Assembly (NCBI GenBank): GCA_043775825.1
Contig: JAYVRX010000047.1
Coordinates: forward strand, 7,027-71,026
Origin: Deinococcales bacterium
GTDB taxonomy: Bacteria > Deinococcota > Deinococci > Deinococcales > JAAFIG01
Length of the DNA stretch: 64,000 nucleotides
Direction of reading: 5' to 3'
Below are positions 1 to 9,982 of this stretch, piece after piece. A model generated the notes under the pieces. That model was not told where the DNA came from, did not search any database, and was given only the letters and a program-made list of their open reading frames with translations. The position numbers and the translations under genes are program-made. Positions within the stretch are counted from its first letter, which is position 1, and every line of letters begins with the position of its first letter.

Positions 1-1
1 G

Positions 2-883
<882 letters not shown>

Positions 884-920
884 GCATTCACAAATTTGAG
901 GAAAAAAAATGTTCTTTCTA

Positions 921-968
921 CCCTCATCCCCGACCCTTCTCCCAACATCAGGAGAAGGGAGTTTTATT
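921..968 (-). repeat. REP-like hairpin element, copy A (family AATAAAACT-CCCTTCTC..GAGAAGGG-TYGGGGATGAGRG)
   Basis: Plus strand reads ccctcatccccgacccttctcc-caacatca-ggagaagggagttttatt. In this orientation a hairpin plus TTTTATT follows the gap stop, so it may act as a terminator. A degenerate related stretch (gtgggagagggtagtgag..gggtgaggg) lies at about 1005-1050. Confidence 0.75.
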
Positions 969-1100
969 CCCTTACACGGCTAGGCTCGAGGTTTTTATTC
1001 TTCTTCCTGTGGGAGAGGGTAGTGAGTTTGCTCGCCGGGTGAGGGCTTCAAGTGAAGTAAAACGCGTTATTCTCGAGATAACCAATTTTGGAGGTTCAAT

Positions 1101-2264
1101 ATGAAGAATTTAGAATCGTTGGATGTTTCAGGCAAACGCGTTTTGGTGCGTGTGGATTACAACGTGCCAATCGAAAATGGTGTGATCGAAGATGACACCC
1201 GAATCACAGCGAGCCTACCGACTGTTAATTACCTGCTCAGTCACGGCGCAAGTGTGATTTTGATGTCGCACCTTGGGCGACCAAAGGGCGTGGATGACAA
1301 ATTCCGTCTCGCACCAGTCGCGGCGCAACTCGAGAAAGTGCTGGGTAAACCCGTTAAATATATTGCTTCAAAACCCGCCAGCCTCGAGACGGCAAAAGCT
1401 TTAGAAGGTATCAAACCTGGCGAGGTGGCGTTACTCGAGAACGTGCGTTTTGAATCTGGTGAGGAGAAAAACGATCCTGAACTGAACCGTGCACTCGCTG
1501 CCTTGGGCGATGCGTTCGTGCTTGATGCCTTCGGCAGTGCTCACCGTGCGCACTCGAGCGTGTCGGGTGTGGCGGGTTTGCTGCCGCACGCTGGCGGTAT
1601 CTTGCTCGAGGCTGAAGTCAAAGCACTGGGTAAGCTGACTGAAAATCCTGTCGCGCCGTACATTGTGATTATCGGCGGGGCGAAAGTTTCGGATAAGCTC
1701 AAAGTCATTGAAAACCTGCTGCCGAAAGTAGACCGAATGCTGATCGGCGGCGGCATGGCGTACACGTTCGTCAAAGCCACTGGCGGCAACATCGGCAAGA
1801 GTATTCACGAGGACGATTACCTCGACACCGCCAAACGCCTGCTCGAGCAATACCGGGGCAAGATCGTATTGCCAAGCGACACCTTGGCAGGCGATGCGTT
1901 TTCTAACGACGCAAACACCAAAGTTTTTGCGACCAATGACATTCCCGACGACTGGGAAGGTATGGACATTGGACCCGAAAGTATTAAAGCCTTCTCGAGC
2001 GCCCTTGAAGGTGCAAAAACCGTTTTTTGGAATGGACCAATGGGCGTCTTTGAATTTGAGAAATTCGCCACCGGCACAAACGCCATTGCCAAAGTTGTCG
2101 CCGAACTCCAAGGCGCGTACACCGTGATTGGCGGCGGTGACAGCGTTAGCGCAATTCATCAAAGTGGACAAGCCGACAAGATCAGTCACATTTCCACCGG
2201 TGGCGGCGCGAGCCTCGAGCTTCTCGAGGGTAAGATTTTGCCTGGCGTTGCCGCATTGGATTAA
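1101..2264 (+). CDS. pgk: Phosphoglycerate kinase
   Basis: Full-length 387 aa with typical PGK motifs ([27 protein letters not shown]). SD ggagg lies 7 nt upstream of the ATG. Confidence 0.97.
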   Translation: MKNLESLDVSGKRVLVRVDYNVPIENGVIEDDTRITASLPTVNYLLSHGASVILMSHLGRPKGVDDKFRLAPVAAQLEKVLGKPVKYIASKPASLETAKALEGIKPGEVALLENVRFESGEEKNDPELNRALAALGDAFVLDAFGSAHRAHSSVSGVAGLLPHAGGILLEAEVKALGKLTENPVAPYIVIIGGAKVSDKLKVIENLLPKVDRMLIGGGMAYTFVKATGGNIGKSIHEDDYLDTAKRLLEQYRGKIVLPSDTLAGDAFSNDANTKVFATNDIPDDWEGMDIGPESIKAFSSALEGAKTVFWNGPMGVFEFEKFATGTNAIAKVVAELQGAYTVIGGGDSVSAIHQSGQADKISHISTGGGASLELLEGKILPGVAALD

Positions 2265-2301
2265 TGCTTTTCGCCCTGTTTGGAAAACAATATTCTCGCT
2301 T

Positions 2302-2359
2302 CTCGAGAAATCAATAAAACTCCCTTCTCTCCTTGGAGAGAAGGGTTGGGGATGAGAGG
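2302..2359 (+). repeat. REP-like hairpin element, copy B
   Basis: ctcgagaaatcAATAAAACTCCCTTCTCTCCttGGAGAGAAGGGTTGGGGATGAGAGG. Its flanks match copies at 921, 44174 and 56497. The stem carries compensatory differences between copies. Confidence 0.8.
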
Positions 2360-2398
2360 CGAAAGGACATGCCGCCCGTGCTCGAGCAAAGGAAATTT

Positions 2399-2749
2399 AT
2401 GCCCAAAACCGTGACCGTAACCAGCCTTGACGAATACCAAACCCTCTCGAGAAGAACCGCGCAAGTGGTCAAAACCGATCACCCGATTGTGTACCCGACG
2501 CTTGGCTTGACCAACGAGGCTGGCGAATTTGCGGGCAAGGTCAAAAAGCTTTTCAGAGACAAAAACGGCGTGATTGACGACACAGACCGTGAAGCCTTAA
2601 AACAAGAATTGGGCGATGTGCTCTGGTATTTGGCGCAAATCGCCACCGAACTCGGGGTCACGCTCGAGGATGTGGCGAGTAGCAATTTGACCAAGTTATT
2701 TGACCGCCTCGAGCGCGATCAGATCAAAGGTTCGGGGGACAACCGTTAG
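2399..2749 (+). CDS. MazG-like nucleotide pyrophosphohydrolase
   Basis: LGLTNEAGEFAGKVKK...ELGDVLWYLAQIATELG is the MazG/NTP-PPase four-helix signature. I prefer the ATG at 2399 (SD aaagga 6 nt upstream) over ORF-track start 2333, which would read through the REP element. Confidence 0.8.
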   Translation: MPKTVTVTSLDEYQTLSRRTAQVVKTDHPIVYPTLGLTNEAGEFAGKVKKLFRDKNGVIDDTDREALKQELGDVLWYLAQIATELGVTLEDVASSNLTKLFDRLERDQIKGSGDNR

Positions 2750-2880
2750 ATTTTGGCATTTATAAATTTCATTTTGAGATAGCAGAACGTTCAAACACGG
2801 CGTTGTACTCTTCAAAAATCTATTTAAAGGCTTTCTCCTCGATTCGTCAGTTAAAATACTTTCACTCGAGGAGGAAATTT

Positions 2881-3618
2881 GTGGCAAAACTTTTGATCGT
2901 CGAAGACGAACCAGAATTGGGTTCGCTTTTACACCAACACCTGCAAGGCGAGGGACACACCGTGCAACTCGAGCGTGACGGCAGAAACGCGCTCGAGTCG
3001 TGTCGGTTTACGACTTTTGACCTGATTATTCTGGATTTGATGCTGCCTGGGCTTGACGGCTTGGAGGTCGCACGGCGCATTCGTCAACCTCGAATGCCAC
3101 TGAATAACGTCTCGTTTGAAAGCGCGGGTTTAGAGCACGCCACCAGCGCCACCGTGCCAATTTTAATGCTGACCGCTCGAGCCGAGGAATCTGATCGGGT
3201 GCTGGGTTTCGAGGTCGGCGCGGACGATTACATTGCCAAACCGTTCAGCCTGCGTGAAATGCTGGCTCGGGTGCGTGCCATGTTGCGCCGTTCGCAAATC
3301 ACCAAGGAAGCCACCGCCGCCAGCGTCGAAGTGATTCGGCTGGGCAAACTCGAGATTGATCTTGCCGCGCGGTCTGTAAAAATTGGCAGCACCGTGACCG
3401 ACCTGACGCCCCGCGAATACGACTTGCTTTTAATGCTGGCGCATCATCCCGGACGCACGTTCTCGCGGGATTACCTGCTCGAGCGCATTTGGGGAACCAG
3501 CTTTGAAGGCTCTGACCGCGTGGTGGACACGACTGTTGTTCGCCTTCGTCGCAAGTTGCTCGAGGAGGGCGAACGTGTCGTCAGCGTTTGGGGCGTCGGA
3601 TACCGTCTGGACGCTTGA
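2881..3618 (+). CDS. OmpR/PhoB-family response regulator (receiver + winged helix)
   Basis: LLIVEDEPE, DLIILDLMLPGLDG, KPF, and a C-terminal LTPREYDLL...GVGYRL. GTG start at 2881 with SD ggagga. About 22 extra residues (nt 3088-3153) sit before the ILMLTA strand. Confidence 0.9.
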   Translation: MAKLLIVEDEPELGSLLHQHLQGEGHTVQLERDGRNALESCRFTTFDLIILDLMLPGLDGLEVARRIRQPRMPLNNVSFESAGLEHATSATVPILMLTARAEESDRVLGFEVGADDYIAKPFSLREMLARVRAMLRRSQITKEATAASVEVIRLGKLEIDLAARSVKIGSTVTDLTPREYDLLLMLAHHPGRTFSRDYLLERIWGTSFEGSDRVVDTTVVRLRRKLLEEGERVVSVWGVGYRLDA

Positions 3619-3672
3619 ACTACAGTGGCAGTCTTAGAACTCGAGTAGACTTGTGCCGTAAGGAGGCTCGAG

Positions 3673-3867
3673 ATGATCAACACCGTTCGTAACGTTCTGG
3701 GCTTTATTTGTGTGTTTATAGGCTTTATTTGGATTTTTCAAGGTCTGGGCGTCATCAAAGGTAGTTTCATGACTGGCTCGGGCTTCTGGGGGATCGTGGG
3801 CGTGATTGTGGCACTTGTTGGCGGGGGATTGCTCTCGAAGATTGGGCGTTCTAAAAACGATCCTTAA
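3673..3867 (+). CDS. Small two-TM membrane protein (64 aa), unknown function
   Basis: SD taaggagg directly upstream. Two hydrophobic segments. Confidence 0.55.
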   Translation: MINTVRNVLGFICVFIGFIWIFQGLGVIKGSFMTGSGFWGIVGVIVALVGGGLLSKIGRSKNDP

Positions 3868-4646
3868 ACCACAAAGGCTTTTGCGGTTTCGGTCAATAGC
3901 GTGTCGAAACTCGAGGCTTTACGCAAGACGCTCGAGTTTAATTTCGCCGCTTTGTTTTGGGTTTCCACATTTGGCTCGAGCATTGTAACAATTGCGGGTG
4001 TTTTCAAATTCGCGGCTCGCATTTCAGCGATTAATTCCAGACCATCAACGCCACCAGGCTCACAGGTCGTGACCACAAGTTGCACGCCGCCATCACCCAA
4101 ACGCTCTAACGCCAAATCCAAACTCGAGAAGACCTCGACGCTAAAACCAGCCTTTTCAAGTTGCTGGCGTTGCACCAGTTGCGCGGTTTGGGAAGGTTCG
4201 AGCAGCAACGCCAGTTTTTGAGGCTCGAGGTTTGAGGGGGTTTTGACGGCTGGAACGCTGGGAATCACACCACTGGCACGATTCCGCAATGCTCCCAACA
4301 ATTCCAGCATTTCAGGACTCGGATGCTCGAGCGTCGGTTCGGTTCTGACAATCTGACGCAACATATCCACGGCGCGTAACAACAACGACGCCGTGTTCGC
4401 CTCGAGCACCTCACCACCGTCACGCAGCCGTCCCAGCACATCCTCGAGCGAGTGCGTGATTTGCTTCATGACCTTTAACTCGAGCATTCCAGCGCCGCCC
4501 TTGATGGTGTGCGCGTTCAAGAACAAACCGCGCACCAAGTTCGCATCGCTGGGATCACGCTCGAGCGCCAGCAAACCCTGGTCGAGCCGCTCGAGGTTTT
4601 CTTCGGCTTCAGATTTGAATTCCTCGAGAAAGGCGGAAATGTCCAT
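3864..4646 (-). CDS. Hpt (CheA-P1-like) phosphotransfer domain fused to a degenerate receiver domain
   Basis: The N-terminus FLEEFKSEAEENL...NAHTIKGGAGML is an Hpt His motif. The C-terminal receiver-like fold lacks the acidic pocket (LLLEPSQ, VVTTCEPGGVDG). Start moved to ATG 4646 (MDISAFLEEF). Confidence 0.75.
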   Translation of the reverse strand: MDISAFLEEFKSEAEENLERLDQGLLALERDPSDANLVRGLFLNAHTIKGGAGMLELKVMKQITHSLEDVLGRLRDGGEVLEANTASLLLRAVDMLRQIVRTEPTLEHPSPEMLELLGALRNRASGVIPSVPAVKTPSNLEPQKLALLLEPSQTAQLVQRQQLEKAGFSVEVFSSLDLALERLGDGGVQLVVTTCEPGGVDGLELIAEMRAANLKTPAIVTMLEPNVETQNKAAKLNSSVLRKASSFDTLLTETAKAFVV

Positions 4647-4735
4647 GATGTATTGTGGCACGAAACCCCGATTCAAAATAAGGGAAGTTTTATTACACGC
4701 AGACCAGTGGCTCGAGCCAAACGGAGAACCAACCA

Positions 4736-4978
4736 ATGAAACAAGTACCATTGAGTAAAATTAAAGATGACCTGTCGCGGTATTTGCACATTGCCCAAAC
4801 AGAAGAAATTATCATTACCCGCCACGGCAAACCCGCCGGTATTCTGGTTGAGTTTGAAAACGAAGACGATTGGTTTGATTACCGTCTCGAGCATGACCCA
4901 AGATTCCAAAATCGTGTCGCAAACGCCCTTCAAAGCCTTCGAGTAGGGCGTGGCGTCAAACTTGAAGACCTCGAGTGA
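4736..4978 (+). CDS. Phd/YefM-type antitoxin, orphan (no adjacent toxin ORF)
   Basis: MKQVPLSKIKDDLSRYLHIAQTEEIIITRHGKPAGILV is a typical Phd/YefM N-terminus. No toxin-sized ORF fits between 4979 and 5070. Confidence 0.7.
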   Translation: MKQVPLSKIKDDLSRYLHIAQTEEIIITRHGKPAGILVEFENEDDWFDYRLEHDPRFQNRVANALQSLRVGRGVKLEDLE

Positions 4979-5027
4979 CCCAAGTAGCTTCAATCTCGAG
5001 GGTTGAACATGGTTTGACTTGAGAAGA

Positions 5028-5052
5028 CAAAGAAATCTCGAGATTTTCTTTG
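5028..5052. terminator. Palindromic hairpin centred on CTCGAG between convergent genes
   Basis: caaagaaatCTCGAGattttctttg. Near-perfect palindrome with weak T tracts on both strands. Confidence 0.45.
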
Positions 5053-5070
5053 AATAAAATACCCAAAAAG

Positions 5071-6213
5071 TCACAGATTATTTTGCAAAATGTACTGATC
5101 CAGTGGAATCACACCAATGTTTTTTGCTAACGAATACTGTATTTCTCCTGGATAGATTACATCCAAAGAATCGAGTTGTAATACTTCAAACACGGTTTTC
5201 ATTGAAGCCGTCAGCTTTGGTGCATCGCCACGTTTGAATTCGACACCAAGTCGTTTACCGTCTTTAAACATCAAAAGATCGAGTTCTGCACTGTTGTGCG
5301 CCGCCCAGAAATATGCGCTTTCGGGACGAACGCTCTGCACAACTTGCTCGAGCGCAAAGCCTTCCCAAGAAGCCCCACTTTTAGGATGGGTGAATAAATC
5401 CGATTGATCTCGAATACCAAGCAGGTAGTGCAATAAACCAGTGTCAGGAAAATAAATTTTAGGATGTTTGACTTGACGCTTTGCCAGATTCTCGTGCCAA
5501 GGTTGTAATTGACGAATCATATACGTTTGCGTTAAATGGTCAAGGTAACGCCGTACTGTGGTTTCGCTGCTGCCCATTGACCTTGCAGGGTCGGCAGCGT
5601 TCCAGATTTGACCATGAAAATGCCCAAGCATTGTCCAGAAACGCAACATTGCAGGCGCTGGAACATTGATTCCAAGTTGTGACAAGTCTTGTTCGACAAA
5701 CCGATTAATTGCATTTTTACGCCATTCGTTGCTGTCATCTTCGGTTTGTCCAAGAAACGATTGCGGATAACCACCTCGTCGCCAAAGTAACTCGAGGTTA
5801 TCGTTCCCAACTTCTTCAAGCGAAAAGCCAGCAATTTCGATCACTTCGATGCGCCCCAGAAGCGATTCACTACTTTGTTGTAAGAGGCGCGGTGAGGCAC
5901 TGCCAAGTATCAGGTATTGTCCAAAATCTGGTTTTTGATCCATTAACACCCGCAGCACAGGGAATAAATCTGGGGCTTTCTGAACTTCATCAATGACCAC
6001 TAGCCCCTCAAGTGGTTGTAGCGCGGTCATGGGTTGTTCGAGGCGTACCCGTGAAAGTGGATTCTCGAGGTCGAAGTAATTTGGGTGTGTAAAAGGTAGG
6101 AATTCGCGTGCGAGTGTGGTTTTACCGACTTGGCGCGGTCCAACCAAAGCGACGCTTTTGCTGCGTTGTAAAGCTCGAGCGATTCGATTTTTGAGAGCAA
6201 TACGGTCAATCAT
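5071..6213 (-). CDS. AAA+ ATPase with C-terminal DUF4143-type domain
   Basis: Walker A VGPRQVGKTT, Walker B LVVIDEVQ, overall AAA_14/DUF4143 architecture. Start moved to ATG 6213 (MIDRIALKN). Confidence 0.8.
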   Translation of the reverse strand: MIDRIALKNRIARALQRSKSVALVGPRQVGKTTLAREFLPFTHPNYFDLENPLSRVRLEQPMTALQPLEGLVVIDEVQKAPDLFPVLRVLMDQKPDFGQYLILGSASPRLLQQSSESLLGRIEVIEIAGFSLEEVGNDNLELLWRRGGYPQSFLGQTEDDSNEWRKNAINRFVEQDLSQLGINVPAPAMLRFWTMLGHFHGQIWNAADPARSMGSSETTVRRYLDHLTQTYMIRQLQPWHENLAKRQVKHPKIYFPDTGLLHYLLGIRDQSDLFTHPKSGASWEGFALEQVVQSVRPESAYFWAAHNSAELDLLMFKDGKRLGVEFKRGDAPKLTASMKTVFEVLQLDSLDVIYPGEIQYSLAKNIGVIPLDQYILQNNL

Positions 6214-6304
6214 GATGGTACACTTTAGCATAAATGCTTGAAATTCCCTTGTAAGATGTGGGAATTTCGAAGATTTTGAATGCAATAAGACTCGAGAAGA
6301 AAAA

Positions 6305-6336
6305 GAAAATCTCGAGCCTCCAAAAGCTCGAGATTT
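6305..6336 (-). terminator. Rho-independent terminator of the PA14 lipoprotein gene
   Basis: 12-bp stem aaaatctcgagc / gctcgagatttt, with a CTCGAG in each arm. It is followed on the minus strand by cttttcttct. Confidence 0.7.
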
Positions 6337-6383
6337 TGGAATTTGAGCTTGTAGTGTTGCGCAATTCTAGAATTAAAATGCCT

Positions 6384-9131
6384 TTACCACGTAAAGGGGA
6401 TGGTTTCGCATGTTGACTTTAATGCTTCCCAATTTGCTGATAAATACGAACTTACTTCAGCATAGGCTCCCATTTGAGAAGCTCTTTTCTGAACCCAAAA
6501 GCTTACTGTTTGAAATGGGTTGTTACCGAAAATGCGATAGCCAAATACTCCTGATGCTGAATATGTTGTTATCTTTGGATCGGGATCATAAGTTGAACCT
6601 GTTGCAACAATAGCTTGTTGACCTTCTAACTGAGCTAAACTACCTGGGGTATTAAGTCCGCTGCCCGTACAATTTCCGACGATCCATTGATTTATTTCAT
6701 TAAAATTTAGAAGTTGTCCTTCACCAAATTGATTCAAACCAGCAGACCACTGCATACTTGGTGCTGGATTAGGCAAGCACTTCATACCAACATCAACAGT
6801 TTTCTGTTCTGTTACTGGTGAACCGTTTGCATCAAAAGTTTCATAGTAGACATGAATTGTAAGTGTTTTATAAAATCCTGCTCGAGTGCAGTAAATATCC
6901 GCAGTGTATTGAACTGGTAAAGCTCCTTGTTCGAGAGAATCACCTCTATGAGAAGTGGTTGGAAACCCCCAAGTGCCGTTATAAGGAATTAACTCTACAT
7001 AATAGTTGAGAATACTTCCTGGATCACCAACGTTGGCAATTTTGAATGAAGGGAGTGCATGTTCGTATAGATGAATAGTTGCAAAAGTGTTATCTGCAAT
7101 AATTCCAAGTTGCGGTTTTGCAATGCAATTCAGGATAACATTTACTAAAAGCGGATTTGTAATCCCAGGAACATTATGGAACACCCCAATCGTTCCAGTT
7201 CGTGTTTCCGCAACAGCATCACACTTTGCAGTCACACTGACATTCTGGCTCGAGTTTGCAGGAATGGCATTTGCGCCCGTAAAACCTGAAGGTGAAGCAG
7301 TCAACCACGGTGCAGTAATGCCAAAACCTGAAATCTCGAGATACCCAGTGCCAGGGTTTGTGATGGTTAGGGTTTTTGTGACGCTCGAGTTAAGGGAGGC
7401 TGTGAGGGATATTGGGTTTGGTGCGACGTTGATTTGGGGAATGCCTTGTATGCAATTTATAGTCACAGGAACTGGTATTGCACCATTAGGAGCATTATGA
7501 GTGAGCGTGAATGTTCCAGTCCAAGTTGAAGGGATTTGCGGGCATTTATACCAAATGTATCTTGTGGTAGAGCTACCTGCTGCAACGGTTCCTGATTGGA
7601 TTATTGGTGATAAACGTGCAGCCGAAGTATCGCTCAAAGAAACACTAATTCCCAACCCTTGACCTTGCAACTGAAAACCATACGCTAGTGGTCCATTTCC
7701 TACTGGGGCTTTATTGCCCCACCTAACGGCTACGAATCCTTCATGTCCAAGATCATCTGTTATGTTAATAGGATTAGGGTTTGGTCCGTCGAGAATTGGT
7801 GGACAACCTGGAATAGGTACATTTCCAACAACTCGTTTACCTGCAATACACTCAAGATACGCAGCCCATGCCGCCTCTATTGCATTTCGAGAGAATGCGC
7901 CATTTGCGATTACGCCTAAGGCATTAGTAGAGATTGCTCCACTTATACCTGAACCACCAAGAACAACACCGATTACCTTCCATGTGATTGCTGGTCCTGT
8001 AAGAAGAGGTCCAACACCAGCAAGGGCAGCTCCCAGAACTGCATCACCCACACCACCAATTAATGTGCAAACAGCGTCTCGATAAGCTAAAGCAAGGTCT
8101 ATACAGTTGCCGCTAACACAACCTGAAGAAGGTGGAACTATCCAATCTTGTTTACATATACTATCTATTACTAAACGTGTTTGATTGACTGGTTTAGAAA
8201 TTGCCTGTGATAGGTTAATATCGTAATTTAAGTATACTCTAGCGAGTGCTTTGACTAAATTTTCTTTAGCGTTCGTATTTAACGTTCCATCTGCGTTAAT
8301 CAAATCGCTGAACTTTCCAACATCAACGTTTCTCTTCAGCAATAAATCATAGAATTTTACTGTATCTAAATTTTGGGAATACTTGAGAAGATAGTCTACA
8401 TTCCCCGAAAGATCAATTCTGCCAAAAATTAAACTTATACCACCTTCAACAATAGACTCAAATGCTTTACCTTTTGAGCCACTCGAGACAGTCGTTAAAT
8501 CAGGATTCAGCACCAAACTGGTTGCTTTAAAAGTAGTATTTGCTTGAAGAATTGCAATAACATCTGGAACACTGTAACCCGTTGGGAACAAATTCCCCGT
8601 TGGCACAACCTGCCTTGCCCTGCTCGTACTTTGCCATTCGAGTTTCACCACGCTCGAGTTTGTCGCGTTGCGATAATATTCCAGTCTAATGTCATACTTT
8701 GTATTCGCTTGCAAAGTTACTGTTCCACTGTTCACAGTGCTGGTGTGGTCAGTCCAGTTGTTCACCAGCACTTGCCCGTTTACCATCAACCGTGCGCCGT
8801 CGCTCGAGGTGACGTAAAAGGTATACGTTTCGCTAAAAGCTGGCATGATCTGACCAGTCCAACGCACGCTGTAAGTGCTGGCGGCAATGCCTGTGATTGG
8901 GGTATTTTTTGCCCAAGCTTTGTTGATAGTGGCATCCACTTGGGTTTTGCTTGTGCCTGTAAAGTCTATGTTGTCGTAATATACGCCCGTTAAACCGTTG
9001 GTGGCGGTGGCTCGAGGGTCGTCTTGGCTTGGGTCGGTCTGGTCTGGCGTGGTTGTTTGACCACACGCGACCAGTGCGGTCAGGGTGATGATGCCGAGTA
9101 GGAATCGTTTTAATGTCCCAAAGTGCTTCAT
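6384..9131 (-). CDS. Large secreted lipoprotein: PA14 domain + glycine-zipper-rich central module + Ig/ASH-like C-terminal repeats
   Basis: Lipobox LTALVAC after MKHFGTLKRF. PA14 signature (GLTGVYYDN...TYTFYVTSSDGARLMVNG...YDIRLEYY) at nt about 8604-8996. GxxxG-rich hydrophobic stretch at nt 7893-8066. SD aaggag before ATG 9131. Confidence 0.8.
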   Translation of the reverse strand: MKHFGTLKRFLLGIITLTALVACGQTTTPDQTDPSQDDPRATATNGLTGVYYDNIDFTGTSKTQVDATINKAWAKNTPITGIAASTYSVRWTGQIMPAFSETYTFYVTSSDGARLMVNGQVLVNNWTDHTSTVNSGTVTLQANTKYDIRLEYYRNATNSSVVKLEWQSTSRARQVVPTGNLFPTGYSVPDVIAILQANTTFKATSLVLNPDLTTVSSGSKGKAFESIVEGGISLIFGRIDLSGNVDYLLKYSQNLDTVKFYDLLLKRNVDVGKFSDLINADGTLNTNAKENLVKALARVYLNYDINLSQAISKPVNQTRLVIDSICKQDWIVPPSSGCVSGNCIDLALAYRDAVCTLIGGVGDAVLGAALAGVGPLLTGPAITWKVIGVVLGGSGISGAISTNALGVIANGAFSRNAIEAAWAAYLECIAGKRVVGNVPIPGCPPILDGPNPNPINITDDLGHEGFVAVRWGNKAPVGNGPLAYGFQLQGQGLGISVSLSDTSAARLSPIIQSGTVAAGSSTTRYIWYKCPQIPSTWTGTFTLTHNAPNGAIPVPVTINCIQGIPQINVAPNPISLTASLNSSVTKTLTITNPGTGYLEISGFGITAPWLTASPSGFTGANAIPANSSQNVSVTAKCDAVAETRTGTIGVFHNVPGITNPLLVNVILNCIAKPQLGIIADNTFATIHLYEHALPSFKIANVGDPGSILNYYVELIPYNGTWGFPTTSHRGDSLEQGALPVQYTADIYCTRAGFYKTLTIHVYYETFDANGSPVTEQKTVDVGMKCLPNPAPSMQWSAGLNQFGEGQLLNFNEINQWIVGNCTGSGLNTPGSLAQLEGQQAIVATGSTYDPDPKITTYSASGVFGYRIFGNNPFQTVSFWVQKRASQMGAYAEVSSYLSANWEALKSTCETIPFTW

Positions 9132-9230
9132 GGTTCTCCTTGTATTGCTTTTTAAGTCAGCTTTGGCTTTTGTGCGTTTTAAAGTCTGAAAAGGTGATTG
9201 CAAACAATAAAACGTCAATAAAGCTCGAGA

Positions 9231-9476
9231 TCATTCTTGAAACTTGGGGTTTCCCGAGCGGGAAAGCATTTTAAGTTGAACGATGATTTTGCTGGTTCTG
9301 TGCTGGAAACGGCGGACTTCAAGTTGCGTTGCTTCAATTTCTTGTTCTAAACTGATCGTGTCAATCCAGTCACTTAAGGTTTTAATGCCTTGTTCAACAG
9401 CTTGAATTGGTGATTTACAATTTGTGCCTTCAAGGAACTTTTTGGTGGCTCGGATTAAGTACGCTGTTTTTTTCAT
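9231..9476 (-). CDS. Hypothetical 81-aa coiled-coil-like protein
   Basis: ATG 9476 is preceded by gaggtg. It lies between the peptide gene and the PA14 gene on the same strand. No recognisable family. Confidence 0.35.
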   Translation of the reverse strand: MKKTAYLIRATKKFLEGTNCKSPIQAVEQGIKTLSDWIDTISLEQEIEATQLEVRRFQHRTSKIIVQLKMLSRSGNPKFQE

Positions 9477-9522
9477 GAACACCTCGTGTTGCAACGAAAT
9501 ACAGTGTGGTAGTTGTTTAACG

Positions 9523-9550
9523 AATCTCGAGCCTTTGAAGGCTCGAGATT
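9523..9550 (-). other. Intercistronic hairpin with CTCGAG in both arms
   Basis: aatctcgagcc-tttgaa-ggctcgagatt. 11-bp stem with no clear U tract. It sits downstream of the peptide gene stop. Confidence 0.6.
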
Positions 9551-9612
9551 CTGAAAATGCCTTAGAAAATTGAATTTCTGTAAAATTGCGAACTTTTGGT
9601 AACATCAGCGCT

Positions 9613-9795
9613 TTAGTTGCAGCTTGAAACCAATGTCCAACCTGTTTTGTCAGAGCCTTTCCAAACGGTTGTACAATTTTGTACAGTACATGTGCTATAC
9701 CCTCCAACGGGACGAGTACAGTCAGCTTTCGCATTCATCAGTAAATTGATTGCAAGAAATGAAACAACAGCGATAATTTTCGTAACCTTTTTCAT
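9613..9795 (-). CDS. Small secreted cysteine-containing peptide precursor (60 aa; predicted mature about 36 aa with 4 Cys)
   Basis: Strong SD aaggag 7 nt upstream. Sec-type signal MKKVTKIIAVVSFLAINLLMNAKA, then DCTRPVGGYSTCTVQNCTTVWKGSDKTGWTLVSSCN. Confidence 0.6.
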   Translation of the reverse strand: MKKVTKIIAVVSFLAINLLMNAKADCTRPVGGYSTCTVQNCTTVWKGSDKTGWTLVSSCN

Positions 9796-9982
9796 TGTGA
9801 ATCTCCTTAAAACGATGCGTATTTGATCTCTGAGCCTGGTTGAAAAATATTGAAGACTTTTATCCTCTCAGTGTTGCCAAAACATATTTCTTTCCGACCA
9901 CACCACTTTTCATGTACTCTCCTTCCTCAAAGCACTCAATTTCAAATGCTTTTGTTTTATCCAAAAACAGCTTAAAAAACAG

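Noticed and set aside
2333-2398. ORF-track N-terminal extensions. Examples: 2333 for the MazG-like gene, 2803 for the response regulator, 4751 Hpt, 6285 ATPase, 9218 PA14, 10058 STAND, 14724 proS, 19081 efp, 24405 pheS, 32357 G8, 40603 sirC-like, 49290 and 50060 and 51288 nrt genes, 59441 permease, 61369 tpiA.
   Set aside because: In each case an internal ATG or GTG with a proper SD or a coupled overlap matches the conserved protein N-terminus. The extensions read through REP elements, hairpins or upstream genes.
3088-3153. The CGAATGCC string shared between the response-regulator insert (about 3090) and the two CGAATGCCTA repeats in the cys leader.
   Set aside because: An 8-nt match at one extra site is within chance expectation for 64 kb on both strands, and there is no supporting context.
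9231-9734. 167-aa ORF spanning the region downstream of the Cys-peptide gene.
   Set aside because: Its 5' third overlaps the well-signalled peptide gene in another frame, and it reads straight through the 9523-9550 hairpin. Only the distal 81-codon part (9231-9476), which has its own SD, is kept, at low confidence.
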